Part shown: positions 1 through 15,928 of the stretch, piece after piece
Position numbering within the stretch: position 1 is the stretch's first letter
Layout of the letters: every line of letters begins with the position of its first letter
NCBI GenBank assembly: GCA_048213135.1
Contig: PS015035.1
Span: 15,033-56,935, forward strand
Direction: 5' to 3'
Source of the DNA: Reclinomonas americana ATCC 50394
Taxonomy: Eukaryota
DNA length: 41,903 nt
Notes under the pieces: generated by a model
The model's database searches: none
The model's input: only the letters and a program-made list of their open reading frames with translations
What the model was told of the DNA's origin: nothing
Made by a program: the position numbers and the translations under genes

Positions 1-71
1 CACAGAAAGACTGAGTTCTTGGAGTGCAAGTTTAGATAGATGCGATCCATTTTGCACATTGCTGTCGCATT

Positions 72-145
72 AATATCTCCTGTGATGCGAGAGGATGTGA
101 TATCTCCTGCTGATGCGGGAGGATGTGATATCTCCTGCCCTGCGA
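72..145. repeat. Short tandem repeat, ~28-29 bp unit, about 2.5-3 copies
   Basis: ATATCTCCTG recurs at ~73, ~101 and ~129 with TGATGCG(A/G)GAGGATGTG between. Confidence 0.7.
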
Positions 146-416
146 AGGAAATCTCGTCCGCGCAGACTTTGATCGCACTGCGCACCGCAGACAGCTGTTT
201 GCAAATGCCAGTCACTATGGGCCACAGCGAGGGTCGTTACGAAGTGCACAGATGTGTGTGTGAGAGAGAGACGCACTCTCAGAATCCAGAACCAACGGGG
301 CTGTGAAGACGAGAGAGAGAGTAGTACCAAATTCTTCTCACTTGCTCATTTCTCATTCCCACCCTCCCCCTTTCCCCCTCCCCCCTTCTCCCCTTCCCCC
401 TTTTCCCCCATCGCAG

Positions 417-613
417 TCCACAACACCTACATGGTGGAGAACGTGCAAAAGTCGGTGGTCTACGCACCCTTCCGCATGCTCCTCGGCATCTCCCAGCCAT
501 GGTTCCCCGACCACAAGACCACGAAGCAAATGGCCCTGGCGCTCTCCCGATACACCATCAACCCCTCGCTCATTGGCCTCTTCAAGACCCTCTTCCACGC
601 TCTCCGTGGATAA
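417..613 (+). CDS. Terminal exon of an aldehyde dehydrogenase-family protein
   Basis: Polypyrimidine tract ending CGCAG at 416, then (G)TC CAC AAC = VHNTYMVENVQKSVVYAPFRMLLGISQPWFPDHK...HALRG, stop TAA 611-613. Sequence and phase directly continue the SGIGQ end of the minus-strand ALDH exon that ends at 1821. Confidence 0.8.
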
Positions 614-1820
614 GCGTGGGTGGGACCGGCGGAAGAAGCAGCCACTCTCTTGTTGTGTTGTGTTGTGTTAGACAAGTCAATGAACGATCAGTTGTCCTCC
701 ATTGTTCTTGCATTGCTGAAAGAGACGAGAGATATGTGGTACACTCGACTGTGCTGGCGCCTCTATGGCCGCGATGTTGCGCCTGCCTCACACGCGCTCT
801 CTNNNNNNNNNNNNNNNNNNNNGAGAGAGAGGGAGAGGAGAGGGCGAGAAGGGGAGAGAGACGTGAAAGATCGGGAGGAAAAGAGTGGCGAGTAGGAGGG
901 AGAGTGACGCACACACGCGCACCAACAGAGAGAGAGAGAGAGACGTGAAAGATCGGGGTGAAGTGAGTGGTGAGAAGGAGGGAGAGTGACGCACACACAC
1001 GCACATGCACACAGAGAGCGAGGGGGGTTACGAGGCAGATAGTCGATGTGGAGAGAACACGGGCAGTAGGGATAAAGCTGTGATCGATTAGATGAAANNN
1101 NNNNNNNNNNNNNNNNNNNNNNNNNNNNNNNNNNNNNNNNNNNNNNNNNNNNNNNNNNNNNNNNNNNNNNNNNNNNNNNNNNNNNNNNNNNNNNNNNNNN
1201 NNNNNNNNNNNNNNNNNNNNNNNNNNNNNNNNNNNNNNNNNNNNNNNNNNNNNNNNNNNNNNNNNNNNNNNNNNNNNNNNNNNNNNNNNNNNNNNNNNNN
1301 NNNNNNNNNNNNNNNNNNNNNNNNNNNNNNNNNNNNNNNNNNNNNNNNNNNNNNNNNNNNNNNNNNNNNNNNNNNNNNNNNNNNNNNNNNNNNNNNNNNN
1401 NNNNNNNNNNNNNNNNNNNNNNNNNNNNNNNNNNNNNNNNNNNNNNNNNNNNNNNNNNNNNNNNNNNNNNNNNNNNNNNNNNNNNNNNNNNNNNNNNNNN
1501 NNNNNNNNNNNNNNNNNNNNNNNNNNNNNNNNNNNNNNNNNNNNNNNNNNNNNNNNNNNNNNNNNNNNNNNNNNNNNNNNNNNNNNNNNNNNNNNNNNNN
1601 NNNNNNNNNNNNNNNNNNNNNNNNNNNNNNNNNNNNNNNNNNNNNNNNNNNNNNNNNNNNNNNNNNNNNNNNNNNNNNNNNNNNNNNNNNNNNNNNNNNN
1701 NNNNNNNNNNNNNNNNNNNNNNNACCCTCTTATCTCCCTCCACCCTTCCCCTCCGCTTCCCCTCCGCTTCCCCTCCCCCTCTCTCTCCCCCCTCCCTCCC
1801 CCTCTTCCCCTTCCGCGCAC

Positions 1821-4093
1821 CTTGACCAATACCACTGCCAATGTTATCGAGCGTGTGGCCCGGGAAGCCGCCCCACGACAACGAGCCGAGTCCAAAGATC
1901 ACACCGGCGAACGCGTTGTACGCAATACCACCGTATCTGAGATCGCGATTCGCCGCGTCAAAGACGTCCTTGTGGGCGCTGTGCGTGCGCGGATCGACAA
2001 TGATGACGCAGGCCAGCGTGCCGTCCACCTTGGTGTTGACAAAATCGACGGCGGCAGGCATGAACTGCGCCGCGTCACCGTGTCCCACGAGAGTGGTGAT
2101 GGCCAGCACCGGGCAGAAGGCCTCGCGGCAGAGCGCGTGCTCGCCCTCCTCCGTCGGCACATCGTCGATCCTGTGGAACGACGACGGATGTCAGGCAACA
2201 TGACGAGCCACGAAATGGTGGTGATGGGAGCAGATGCAACAGCAGCCACGGCAGGTGATTCTCCGGGTTGGTGCCAGGGAGAGGCTCTGCGTGGAAACTC
2301 TGCGTGAGACAAAGAAAAAATGACTCCCATGACACACACGAAATGAACCCGTGTCGATGGCGGTCGAGCCCGGATACTTGCCGCGGAATGCCTCCCATCG
2401 CTGCTTGGCTCCCGGGTAGTAGCTGCCAATCAAAGTCAGCTACCATGCGTGCGTGCATTCGGGTGTGGAAAGGCAGGTACGCAACGCTGGGCGAGAGCGC
2501 GTGGCGGCAAACACCTTGCGCACTTCGTCAACGAATTGCTCGCGCTGCGGCCAGTCGCGGTCCAGCACCAGCACCTTGCCGGCAATGCAGCTGCGCGTCG
2601 CAAGAGACGTGAGGAATTGAAGACAATCAAAGAGGTGAGCATTGAGGACGCAACTTGAACGACAGGTTGTTCGTCACCATACTGCACACCCGTTAAAAAA
2701 ACACAATGAGTGACGATCCGACAGTGGCTTAATGATCACCTCCATTCTCTCTCGCGTAAAGGAGGAGGAAGAGGACGAGACGAAGAGTGAGGGTGGTTGA
2801 TTGCTCGACCCTTTTCTCTGCGCAGCTAACACTTGAGGAGGAGGCACACACAATGAAGAGAAAGTGAAAGAGTGGCAGTGATCTCCCACTCTATCGCTTC
2901 ACTCGTGCGTGGAGGAGGGGGAGACAATGAAGAGTGCTGGTTGCTTTCCTCATTCTCTCTTTCTAACACTGTCTGCTGCGTGCAGGAGAAGGAGGGAGGA
3001 AGAGACACGCACACCAGATATGAAAGATGCACACACAACGAGGAGACTGCATGTGAAGGTGGCTGAATGTTCACCCCCACTAATAATAGAAACTTCACTG
3101 ATCCNNNNNNNNNNNNNNNNNNNNNNNNNNNNNNNNNNNNNNNNNNNNNNNNNNNNNNNNNNNNNNNNNNNNNNNNNNNNNNNNNNNNNNNNNNNNNNNN
3201 NNNNNNNNNNNNNNNNNNNNNNNNNNNNNNNNNNNNNNNNNNNNNNNNNNNNNNNNNNNNNNNNNNNNNNNNNNNNNNNNNNNNNNNNNNNNNNNNNNNN
3301 NNNNNNNNNNNNNNNNNNNNNNNNNNNNNNNNNNNNNNNNNNNNNNNNNNNNNNNNNNNNNNNNNNNNNNNNNNNNNNNNNNNNNNNNNNNNNNNNNNNN
3401 NNNNNNNNNNNNNNNNNNNNNNNNNNNNNNNNNNNNNNNNNNNNNNNNNNNNNNNNNNNNNNNNNNNNNNNNNNNNNNNNNNNNNNNNNNNNNNNNNNNN
3501 NNNNNNNNNNNNNNNNNNNNNNNNNNNNNNNNNNNNNNNNNNNNNNNNNNNNNNNNNNNNNNNNNNNNNNNNNNNNNNNNNNNNNNNNNNNNNNNNNNNN
3601 NNNNNNNNNNNNNNNNNNNNNNNNNNNNNNNNNNNNNNNNNNNNNNNNNNNNNNNNNNNNNNNNNNNNNNNNNNNNNNNNNNNNNNNNNNNNNNNNNNNN
3701 NNNNNNNNNNNNNNNNNNNNNNNNNNNNNNNNNNNNNNNNNNNNNNNNNNNNNNNNNNNNNNNNNNNNNNNNCAAGCACAGAGAGAGACACAGAGAGACA
3801 AAGTGGAGAGACTTGACACACACGCTCTTTCTCTTTCTCTCTTTCTCTCTCTCTCTTTCTTTCTATCTCTCTCACTCACCAACTCCGCGCTGACGAGTTG
3901 CCTCGCGCGCCCACTCCTCCGAGAGCGGAAGGAAGCGCTCGAGGTGCTCTTGCAAGAGACGCACGCGCTCGGCGATCGAAGTGCGTGCCCACACGGGCGC
4001 GCGCTCGCGCAGAGAGGCAATGATCTCGTCGAGTTCTTGCGTGTTTAGCGTCGCAGCTGCTGCTGCTGCTCCGGAGGATCCCGACGCCGCCAT
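1821..4093 (-). CDS. NAD(P)-dependent aldehyde dehydrogenase-family protein (multi-exon, some exons lost in gaps)
   Basis: ATG 4093, exon 4093-3880 (MAASG...WARTSIAERVRLL, donor GTGAGT). Exon ~2590-2487 CIAGKVLVLDRDWPQREQFVDEVRK (likely catalytic Cys context). Exon ~2424-2350 YYPGAKQRWEAF. Exon ~2300-2230 HLPWLL. Exon ~2170-1821 EAFCPVL...LRYGGIAYN...WGGFPGHTLDNIGSGIGQ, carrying the ALDH EXFXP motif. Confidence 0.85.
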
Positions 4094-4312
4094 GATGATG
4101 CAATGGAGTAACTGTGAAGTTGTGGGACATAAATAAAAGTCGATGCTCTACTCTCTTCTGTCTTCAACCATACACTGTCTGCGTTGGAGCTTGCTGCGTA
4201 GGCCACTTGCCACACGTGCACTTGCGTTTGTGCCGATTTGTGTGGTCTTCACATCGAAGTCCCGGAGAATTGCAGTAACACTTTGAGCCTCGCCCGACGC
4301 GTGTATGCAACG

Positions 4313-6960
<2,648 letters not shown>

Positions 6961-7475
6961 CGAAGAGCAGAGGGCGACGAGTGGGCAAGCTGCGTACACG
7001 ATTAACGAAGCAGCAGATGCAGGAGAGGCTACGAGAGGCCAAACTGCGAAGACGCAACTGCAGCACGGTGGAACTGACGACAAAGGTGCAGACGCAACTG
7101 GAGCACAGCGGAAGAGCAACAACCCCGAAAACATGACGTCGTGTCGGTCCGTCAATCGAGTCGGCTGCATGCTGAGCTGTGTACGAAAATAACGGCAACG
7201 TTGACGGCGCCACCAGCGGTTGCCGATGGAGCAGACAAGAGGAAGCCGACAGATGCATGGATGCACCGACTCGGTCGATGGAGAAGCTTAACGCAACGGA
7301 TGCACGTTTTACTGTGCACATACGTCACTACAGCCCAGCCGCCGCCGTCACCAACGGTGCACCCACATCGCCGTCCGCGGCGAGTGCGTCGACGTGCAGA
7401 GGAGGTTCCGGATTAAACTGCTTGATGTACTGAAAGCGAGCGAAAGTATCACGTGAGTAATACATACATCACACT

Positions 7476-8525
7476 CTATTCGAAGACCCCCTGACAAACC
7501 TCAGCGGCAAACTCCATGCAGCTGAGGAAATAGTCGGGTTCGCCCTGCACCACGCGCTTCACCGCGAAGCGACGCGCAAAGGCCAGTTGCGTGCACAGCG
7601 AGGCGCAGTCGCTGCACGCCACCACGTAGATCAGTACCGGCATGAGGTCGTCGGCGGCCACCACCACGTGCGGTTGCAGCGACTGCATCGCTCGCAGCAC
7701 CAGCTTGCCGCACCGCAGCGTCAGCAGCAGCTGATCCGTCGGGGTGAACTCGGCCACCGCCGAGCCGAGCAGGTGCAGCACCTTGGCGGCGGTCTCGTAG
7801 GGTCCCAGCGGCGGCCGTCGGTTCATGCGCTCCTCGGGAGTCAAGTCGGCCGCCTCGAATTGCGCCACGTGCACCGCGGGAATGTAGTGCGGGTCAATCG
7901 ACATGGCGCTCATGCCGCGGGAGCGGAGCAGGCGAGCGCGCTCCAGGAATTGTACGTCGGCGTCGGCGCAGTCGACGTAGCGGAGGCAGCGTTGGTAGAT
8001 GCGGGAGTACACCTGCAAGAAGGGGAAGGGTGGGCAGAGGGAAGGGAATAGGGGAAGGGGGAAGGGGAAGGGGGAAGGGGGGAAAAGGGGACGGGGGAGG
8101 GGGGAAGGGAAATACAGAGAGGGGATAGAGGAACAGTGAGAGAGGAAGAGAAAGGGATGGAAACAAAGGCAAGGAAAGGGATGACGAAGTGAGAGAGATG
8201 CGTGTATCCTGATGAACTGAAACACAGACATGAGTATGTAACAGAAGTGGCGTGAGCACTCTGACAATAGAATATGCAACGCAAAACAGGGAGCAAGGGA
8301 GAGATATGAATTCTGATGATCTGATACGCGGACACAAGAATGTTACAGAGGTGGCGATGAACTCTGTTAACGCGAGCATGTGAGTGGAAACTAAAGTGGT
8401 GTCCGAGTTCTGTGGTAAAACACAAAATGCACGCATAGACAGAGAGAAGATGATCACACACCACATGCAAAGGCACACTTCACCACACACGTACAAATAG
8501 AATGACGTGCAAGGCACAATGGTAA

Positions 8526-8567
<42 letters not shown>

Positions 8568-11500
8568 CAGCCTCAACTATAACGACGACGAAAACAACGA
8601 CAACAACTGCAGCAGCAGCAGCAAAAACACCAACAAACAACGCACAATCGATACTACAGACTAGCAGACTGAAACTGACGGCTCACACTCACATGTTACC
8701 AGAGCACACAGCACAAAGAAAGCAATCGCGCAATCACAGCATTACGACAACAAGAACACTAACCAGCACACTGCAATCGGTAAGAAAATACACAGCACAG
8801 AGAAAGCACTCACACATTCACGAGTACACACACACACCATTACCATTGTAATTAGCAGGCAAATACACAGCTCATTGACGTAAGGTAGAAACACTCACAC
8901 ACACGCACACCAGAAATGAGAACAAGCAGGCAAGCGTCCACACAGGCACACACAGAAAATGATCCGAAAACGCACAACATCAAGCCCAACACAGAGATAG
9001 CTCTCTATCCGTCTCTTTCCCTCATCTCTTTCCCCACCACGCACCATCTCCTCCACCATATCAATCAACACCCTTGGATGCACATCAGTGACCGTCTCCA
9101 TGGTCTCGCGAATGTGATCGGCCAGCTCCTCGACAAACTGCGCGCAGTCGGCCAGGTGATCCGAGCCCGACTTGGTGGAGCTGCGACGGCGAATGCCGGG
9201 GCTGGCCGGACTTGACATTTGTATCGACTGTTCCCAGCAGTCGTGAACCTCCTGCGACAGGCAGCGCTGCACGAAGCTCTGCAGGAAGCGACTGACGTCG
9301 GAGCGCACATCCGACAAACGCTCCGCCAGCAGGCGCACCGCCACAATGCGGCTGCGCGTGGAACCCGATGAGAGCGACGTGGCCTCGCGATTCAGAATGG
9401 CCGCCAGCNNNNNNNNNNNNNNNNNNNNAAAAGCAGCAACCCACGAAAGCAAGTTACCGTGATACAAACACACATTCGCTCACTCTCACACATGCATAGA
9501 GTGCTGTGGTCACGGAACAAAAGTGACAGTGCAACGACGAATGCACACAAATCGGTACACCAGGACACACAGCAACGAAAAAACAAGAAAAAACAATGAC
9601 ACTCACTCTAAACTTATTCCCCCGGCACTTGCGTATGTGAGCTGCGATATTCGTGGGCGTCCTACTTGATCACTCGCTGCACTTTCCTTCTATCATCCCT
9701 TCCCCCTTTTCCCCCTTCCCTCCCTTCCCCCCTCTCGCTCACCTCGGTCAGCGCCTCCGCATTAGCGGGGGCATCACCCGCCAGCAAACAATCCGTCGCC
9801 CACACCTCGGCCCGCCGCACCGCCTTTTTCGTGGAGCGATAGCACTCACTGAGGGTGGTGATGAGCTGGTTGTACGCCGCCATGGCCACTGCGGCGCGGT
9901 CGACGCGCAGCTGCTGACAGATCAAGCCGAGCGACATTAATCGCGTGTCGCGCAAAAGGCCCACCGACGTCTCCAACTCTGTCACCAGGCAGCGGTGAGA
10001 CACACACAGCACTCGCAGAATCACCTCTCCCACCACTCATACCTTGCGCCCAACACGCCGCCGTTTCACCGTCGCCCAACACACGCGCCGCACCCGCCAA
10101 CATCACATCCGACGCACGCAAAATCTGATGCAGAGCGGCTGGCAGCAATCGACCGGTGCCATCGGCATCGCGTGGAGCGTGTCGCAGCAAATCGGCTCCG
10201 CGACGAAACGCCTTGATGCGCTCCGTCACCACCTCAATGGCAAACTGCTGGCACGTGTGGTGCTTGTCGATGAGCAACCGATCCGCGTCAATGTAGCTGA
10301 CCTCCGGCCACGACGGCGACGACGGAAAGAGGGCGACAGTGCTGGCCGAGGCCGGTTGCGGATCGAGAACCACCACCGCCGCCGCCAGCGCCATTGAGTG
10401 GGTGCGCGGTCGTGATGTGGCCGTCGCCACCAGCGCCGCCGTGGTCATCAGCGCACCCACACCCACCGGTGCGCTGACTTGCGCCTTTAGCGGGGTGATG
10501 CGCGAGCGCAGAGTGAAGGGCCGCGGGGCGGGTACTGCACGCACAGCGTCGGCCACGGCGGCCTCGGACGGCGTCTTGCGCAGCATCTCGTCGATCTCGC
10601 TACCGGACCAAGCGCGCGAGTGGCCGCGGACGCGGTACCGCGACTTGATGGCCATGCGTGCTCGCGACGCCGCCGACATGAGCGACATGGAGGCGAAGGT
10701 GGCGGCGGAGGGCTGCGCCGAGAGTGCCGCCGATCCGTGCGAGTGTACGGAGGATTGTGGGTTCAGCAGGGCGGCGGCGGATGATGAGAAGGTGGAAGAG
10801 GAGGAGGAGGCGGAGACGGAGGTCTGAGGGCCGAGAATGTCGGCGTACACTGCGGAGGGGGGAGAAGGGGGGAAGGGGGAAGGGTGAGAAGGGAAGGGGG
10901 NNNNNNNNNNNNNNNNNNNNGCCGGGCATGCATTCGCGCAGCAGTAGACACAAGTCACCGTCGTCGGGCTGCATGGGTCTCCTCCGCGACTTGCGATTTC
11001 GGTTCTGCGACACCTTGGCCATGACCTTCGTGCTCGACATGAACGACACAATGCCGGCAGTCGGCTGCAGGCCCATGGACGAGAGCAGGCTGTCGTACTC
11101 TTGCATAGCCACGCGTCGCATCATGACCACATGCAGGCGGCGCAGCATGGATTCTTCGCGCACGCGTTCTCGGTGTGTCTCCAGGGTGCCCACCTGCATC
11201 GAGGCAAAGGGAGGGAGGGAGGGGGGAAAGGAGAACGAAGTAAGCCAAGGAATTGAGATGGAAGGAGGAAGGAAAAGGGATACAGAAGCATGAAGGAAGA
11301 GAAAGGCGAGAGAGAAGGAAAGGAACAGAGAGAAGCTCAAGGGACGAAGACGCACGAGATGATGGACACAAACACAAAGAACACAAAGGTATATCAAAGC
11401 ACGAAGAAAGCAAGGATTACAGAAGCGCGATGCCAAGGAGCACAAACCACGACACAATCGAGCATCGAAACATGAAGCATAAAGGAAGAAAGAACACCAA

Positions 11501-14387
11501 TGCAGCAGAAAGGAGAGAAACATCCAAACTGAGAAGGACGCAATAGAGACCAGTATGCGAAGAGAGCAACAACTTGAAGCGATGCAACACTGCAGCACAT
11601 GGAAAGCAGGTACACACAAGCGCGACACAAGGAACACATACGAACGAAATAAACGAACAGGTCGTCAAAGCTAGGAACACAAAACACGAAGTAAGCAATG
11701 AAAGGAAACATGAAGAACGCAGGGAACACAAGCACGACACGAACAGAGCCACGGAATCACAAAGCAGAGGGACACATACGCACGGAGAGAGCACGGAGCA
11801 CAAATGCATGATGCGAAGAGAGCAAAACACGATGCTATGGAGTACAAAAGCAAATGGAAAGCAGAGAGAAGAAGCGTAAAGACAGCAAGAGAACATGGCT
11901 GCACAAATGGAGCGAGCAAATGCAAGGAAAGGGAAAGTGAACAACTGAGAGCTCAGAGAAGACGAAGAGGATTGAGAGCAGAAAGAGATCAGAATATGAA
12001 GAGATCAAACGAAGACATCAAGAGAAAGACAGTAAACGGAACGCGCAGGATGACAAACTCACAGAGCACACAAGGCCACAATGAAACACTCAATGTGCGC
12101 TTCTTGCTCATCGCCATTGACATTGCGAGTGGCAGTGAGCGCGCGCTAAACAAGCGATGGCAGTACGTTGCGGAATGAGCTCTCCCAGCACACAAGGACA
12201 TGCAGCAACACACGCCGCTCGTTAAAGATGCGCTTCTTCTTGCTCACCGCCATTGACATTGCGAGTGGCAGTATGTTGGGGAAGATGAGGAGCAAGCGCG
12301 GAATGAGCTCTCCACTCTTTGCAGTGATCAACGACCGATCATTCACAGCTGAGCTCCTCAAAACCTCCCTTCCCCCACCTTCTCACAGCTACGCTTCTTC
12401 CCTCTTCCCTCCCCTGCCCCTCCCCTCCCCTCCCTTCCCCTCCCCTCTGTCCTCTTACATCCCCCACTCACCCACTGACGCAATACGTCGGTCACCGCAT
12501 TGCACCGCTGCAAACAATACTCGACGGCCTCGCGGTACGCCGCCGACAACCGCTCATTGCAGGTCTCGAACAGCGAATACAGCGCATCGCTAATGTCATC
12601 CTGCACGTCGACCGCGTCAGCACCGACACAGCACATACAGTCGCATCACACCAACGTCACACACCTCGTGCAGCAATCGCTCCGACAGGTGTGTGAGCAG
12701 CTCGATCACGTCGGCCGACGAGGTGAGGGGCGAGGAACGCCACCGACTGGGATCCTCGGCCAGCAGACTGTCGACTTCGGCCAGCACACGCCTTCGCAGC
12801 ACCAGCACCAACAGTGACGCATCCAAGGCCGCCGCCGCAAGTTGCCGACCGAGGCGCTCTATCGTCGGATCGCCCGCATATCTCCACTCGCACGTGAGGC
12901 GCAAAACGGCTTCGTCGACGGAGGAGAGAGCGGGCAGGAACGGGCACGCCAGCGTGTCGTCTCGCAGCCACAGCAGCATGGTCTCCACACCCACACCTCG
13001 CTGCTCCTCCTCCTGCGCTGGCGGGACGGACATGGAGGAGGGCGAGGATTCCCACTTGGTCAGCATGGCTTGCAGGCGCGTGCAACTGTGCGTCACCCAG
13101 TGAGAAGACGATCACAGCACCAGCCCTCTTCTCTCATACGCAACAATGAGGCAATCTCGGTGACTGCCGTCTGCAGCTCCTCACGCAGCGACATGAGGTA
13201 GCCGATGGTTCGCACGGCAAACTCGCCACTCGGTGTGGGCGGAATGGTGGCCACGGCCGCCGCAGCAGCTGCCGCCGCCGTGCTCAGTGAGGTGGCGTCG
13301 TAGTGACCGGCCCCCGCTACTGCTCTGCCTCGCGAACGATGTGCTCCCGCGGCGCTTCCACCCTGCGCTGCGACTGCCGCATGCAACACGGCGCTGACCG
13401 TCGGCGACATGGACAGGCTGGCGGGTGACGTGGGTGACAGGTCGCCCAGGTCTAGCCGGCCCGGCACGTGCGGTAGGCAGAGCGCCTGTCGACGGGGACG
13501 CGAGCGGACCGCGGTGACGCCGAGACCTGCGCCGAGAGGGCAAGGGATGAGGGACGCGAGGGGAAAGGGAGAATGGGGGGAAGTGTAACAAACCGAGCAT
13601 CTGCAACACAAACAGGAGGTCAGTCACTCGTCACCCCACACAAGCCACCCTATTCCCGCTCCATACCTGCCCATTCCGCGGACTGCCCGGCTCGATCAAT
13701 AACCGCGGCGTCGCAGGCCCATCGCCAATCCACCATGCCGCCTGCCGCAGCGCGCTGATCCACTCGTTGCGTTCGGCCGACGTGGTCGCGCGCAGAAACG
13801 TCACCTTGAGCTTGCACGGCTCACCCCCTTCGCCGCCGCCGCCGCCCCCGTGCACCGAGGTGAGCACGAGATCCAGCTCCGGGTCGAGGTCACGCGGGTA
13901 GGTGAAGAGGGCGGCGGCGGTGCGCGGGGTGTCCTCGGCACTGGTCTGGGCGACCACGCGGCCCATGTAGAACGGGCTGTCGGGTTGGAGGTGGTAGGCC
14001 GGGGTGCGACCGACGTCGGCGGAGACGACGGCGCGGATGCCGTCGTTGCCGGGGGTGAGGGGGATGTCGGCGAGGCGGAGGACGGCGAGGGGAGGGCGTT
14101 CCCCGGCGGTGTCCACCTATGGGGGGGAAGGGTGAGGGATGAGGGGAAGGAGGGGGAGAAGGGGAAGGAGAAGAGGGAGGAAGGTGGAGACAGTGTGAGT
14201 GAGAACAAGGAGAAGAAAGGGAAGAGAGGATGTGGCATGAGGGAATGCATGGAGAGGAAGAACCGCAATGAGAAGAAGGCAAGTGAGGCAATACACCTCT
14301 GTGAGAGTGACAGAGTTCGCGTGAGAGTGAGACAGAGAGGAGNNNNNNNNNNNNNNNNNNNNNNNNNNNNNNNNNNNNNNNNNNNNN

Positions 14388-14424
<37 letters not shown>

Positions 14425-14728
14425 CAGAGAGAGAGAGAGAAAGAGAGACAGAGACAGAGAGAGACAGAGAGAAGAAGACAAGAAGACGCGAATCGCAGAG
14501 GATGAGGAATGAGGGAATGCACAGGAAAGCAAAGAGAGGAGCAGCGAAGAAAGGGAGAAGAGAGGGAATGCACCTCTGTGAGAGAAGAGAGAGAGAGAGA
14601 CAGAGACAGTGAGAGACAGAGAGAAGAGGACAAGAAGAGCAGAGGATGAGGAATGAGGGAATGCATTGGGAAGGGAAAATCGCAATGAGAGGAAGGCAAG
14701 CACCTCTGTGAGCGAGACAGAGAGTGTG

Positions 14729-14783
<55 letters not shown>

Positions 14784-14945
14784 TCTGACCTTATCGCGAT
14801 AGCGGACCAAGGCAGTGTTGCTGAGACGAAACCATCGCGTGTTCCATCGCCGACAATAGCGAGAGCGCTTCTCCAGTCGCCCCTCCTTCAACTGCACCTC
14901 AGAGGAGAGAGAGAAGGAGGCGGAGAGAGACACACCCGCACTCAT
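7476..14945 (-). CDS. PH-domain + VPS9-domain protein (Rab5-family GEF-like)
   Basis: ATG 14945. Exon 14945-14790 LKEGRLEKRSRYCRRWNTRWFRLSNTALVRYRDK (PH N-half). Exon ~14116-13667 ending FLRATTSAERNEWISALRQAA (PH C-terminal helix). Further exons ~13527-13100, ~13070-12665, 12600-12472, 11193-10921, 10849-10043, 9978-9743 and 9408-9045. Last exon 8012-7476 carries VPS9 signatures AADDLMPVLIYVV and GEPDYFLSCME, stop TAG. Confidence 0.85.
12095..12275. repeat. Intronic direct duplication, ~45 bp, 2 copies
   Basis: TTCTTGCTCA(T/C)CGCCATTGACATTGCGAGTGGCAGT at ~12101 and ~12237. Confidence 0.75.
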
Positions 14946-15021
14946 ATCACGCAAGACCGACAGTGACTGCTGACTGCATGACCGCAGGACACATTGCAAT
15001 TGATTGATTGATTGCGGTTTC

Positions 15022-15500
15022 TCTCTCTGGCACTGAGTGTTGTCTTGCTTGTCTGTGGTTGAGAGAGCATTCCGGCTTGCCTTTGTGTCAAAGAAAAGAA
15101 ATGGTGTGGATCGTTGACGTCGAAGCTTCAGCTGATCGTGAACTTCACCACATGTCCCTTGTTGAAGTGACCCTGGCACACTAACAAGCCGTAAACACAC
15201 ATCTCCAACAGTCGTCTTCCCTTGCAGGAGGCAATGCTAATTGCAATCGTGATCAAGCACGTCTTGGCCGGCCTGAAAAGGATTCGTGACTTTTTGCTTG
15301 GTTTCTCGTGTGTCTCTGGCACTGAGTGTTGTCTTGCTCGTCTGTGGCTGAAAAACTAATCCAGCTTGCTTTTGTGTGAAAGAAATGGTAAGCTGACCTC
15401 ACCACAAGTCCCTTGTTGACAGTGACCTTACAGTAGCACACCAACACCCAGAACACACGGTTTGCTCTTCTCCACCAGTCACCTTCCCTTTCAGGAGGCA
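15022..15500. repeat. Degenerate direct repeat, ~290 bp period, 2 copies
   Basis: CTCTGGCACTGAGTGTTGTCTTGCT at ~15025 and ~15314. GTCCCTTGTTGA at ~15154 and ~15408. CTTCCCTT(G/T)CAGGAGGCAA at ~15216 and ~15483. Confidence 0.75.
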
Positions 15501-15928
15501 AAGCCATGTTGGCGCCATCAAGACATGCACAGTCAGGAAACCTTGACCACCAGCACTCCCACCAACCTTCGCGGCAAGGTCTTCACGTTGAACTCGGTCT
15601 CCGATGAGATTAAGCAAGTCCAGGTTGTGCCAGACAGCGCGAAGGTGAGCGTGTATGCGTTCTGTTCGCCTTGGGCATCTTGCGCCCTGCGGTAATGCTC
15701 AGGGCAAGAAGAAGGAGGAGAAGAAGGAGAAGAAGGAGAAGAAGGAGAGAGAGAAACTTCGTCGACCCTCTTCCCTCGACCAGTCAATCCCCCCGTGCAC
15801 TGTGGTCGCTGTCGTGCAACATAAACATTGGCTCACCAAGATCACGAATGGCACCCGACCCGTAATATCACTGTCACCTCAACCTTCGCAACCCCGCCCC
15901 GTCATCAGTTATCTCTCTCCGCAGTCCA

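Noticed and set aside
11200-12100. Hydrophobic 'membrane protein' ORFs on the minus strand (also 40800-41570)
   Set aside because: They are translations of T/C-rich intron sequence bounded by good GT and AG sites of the surrounding genes.
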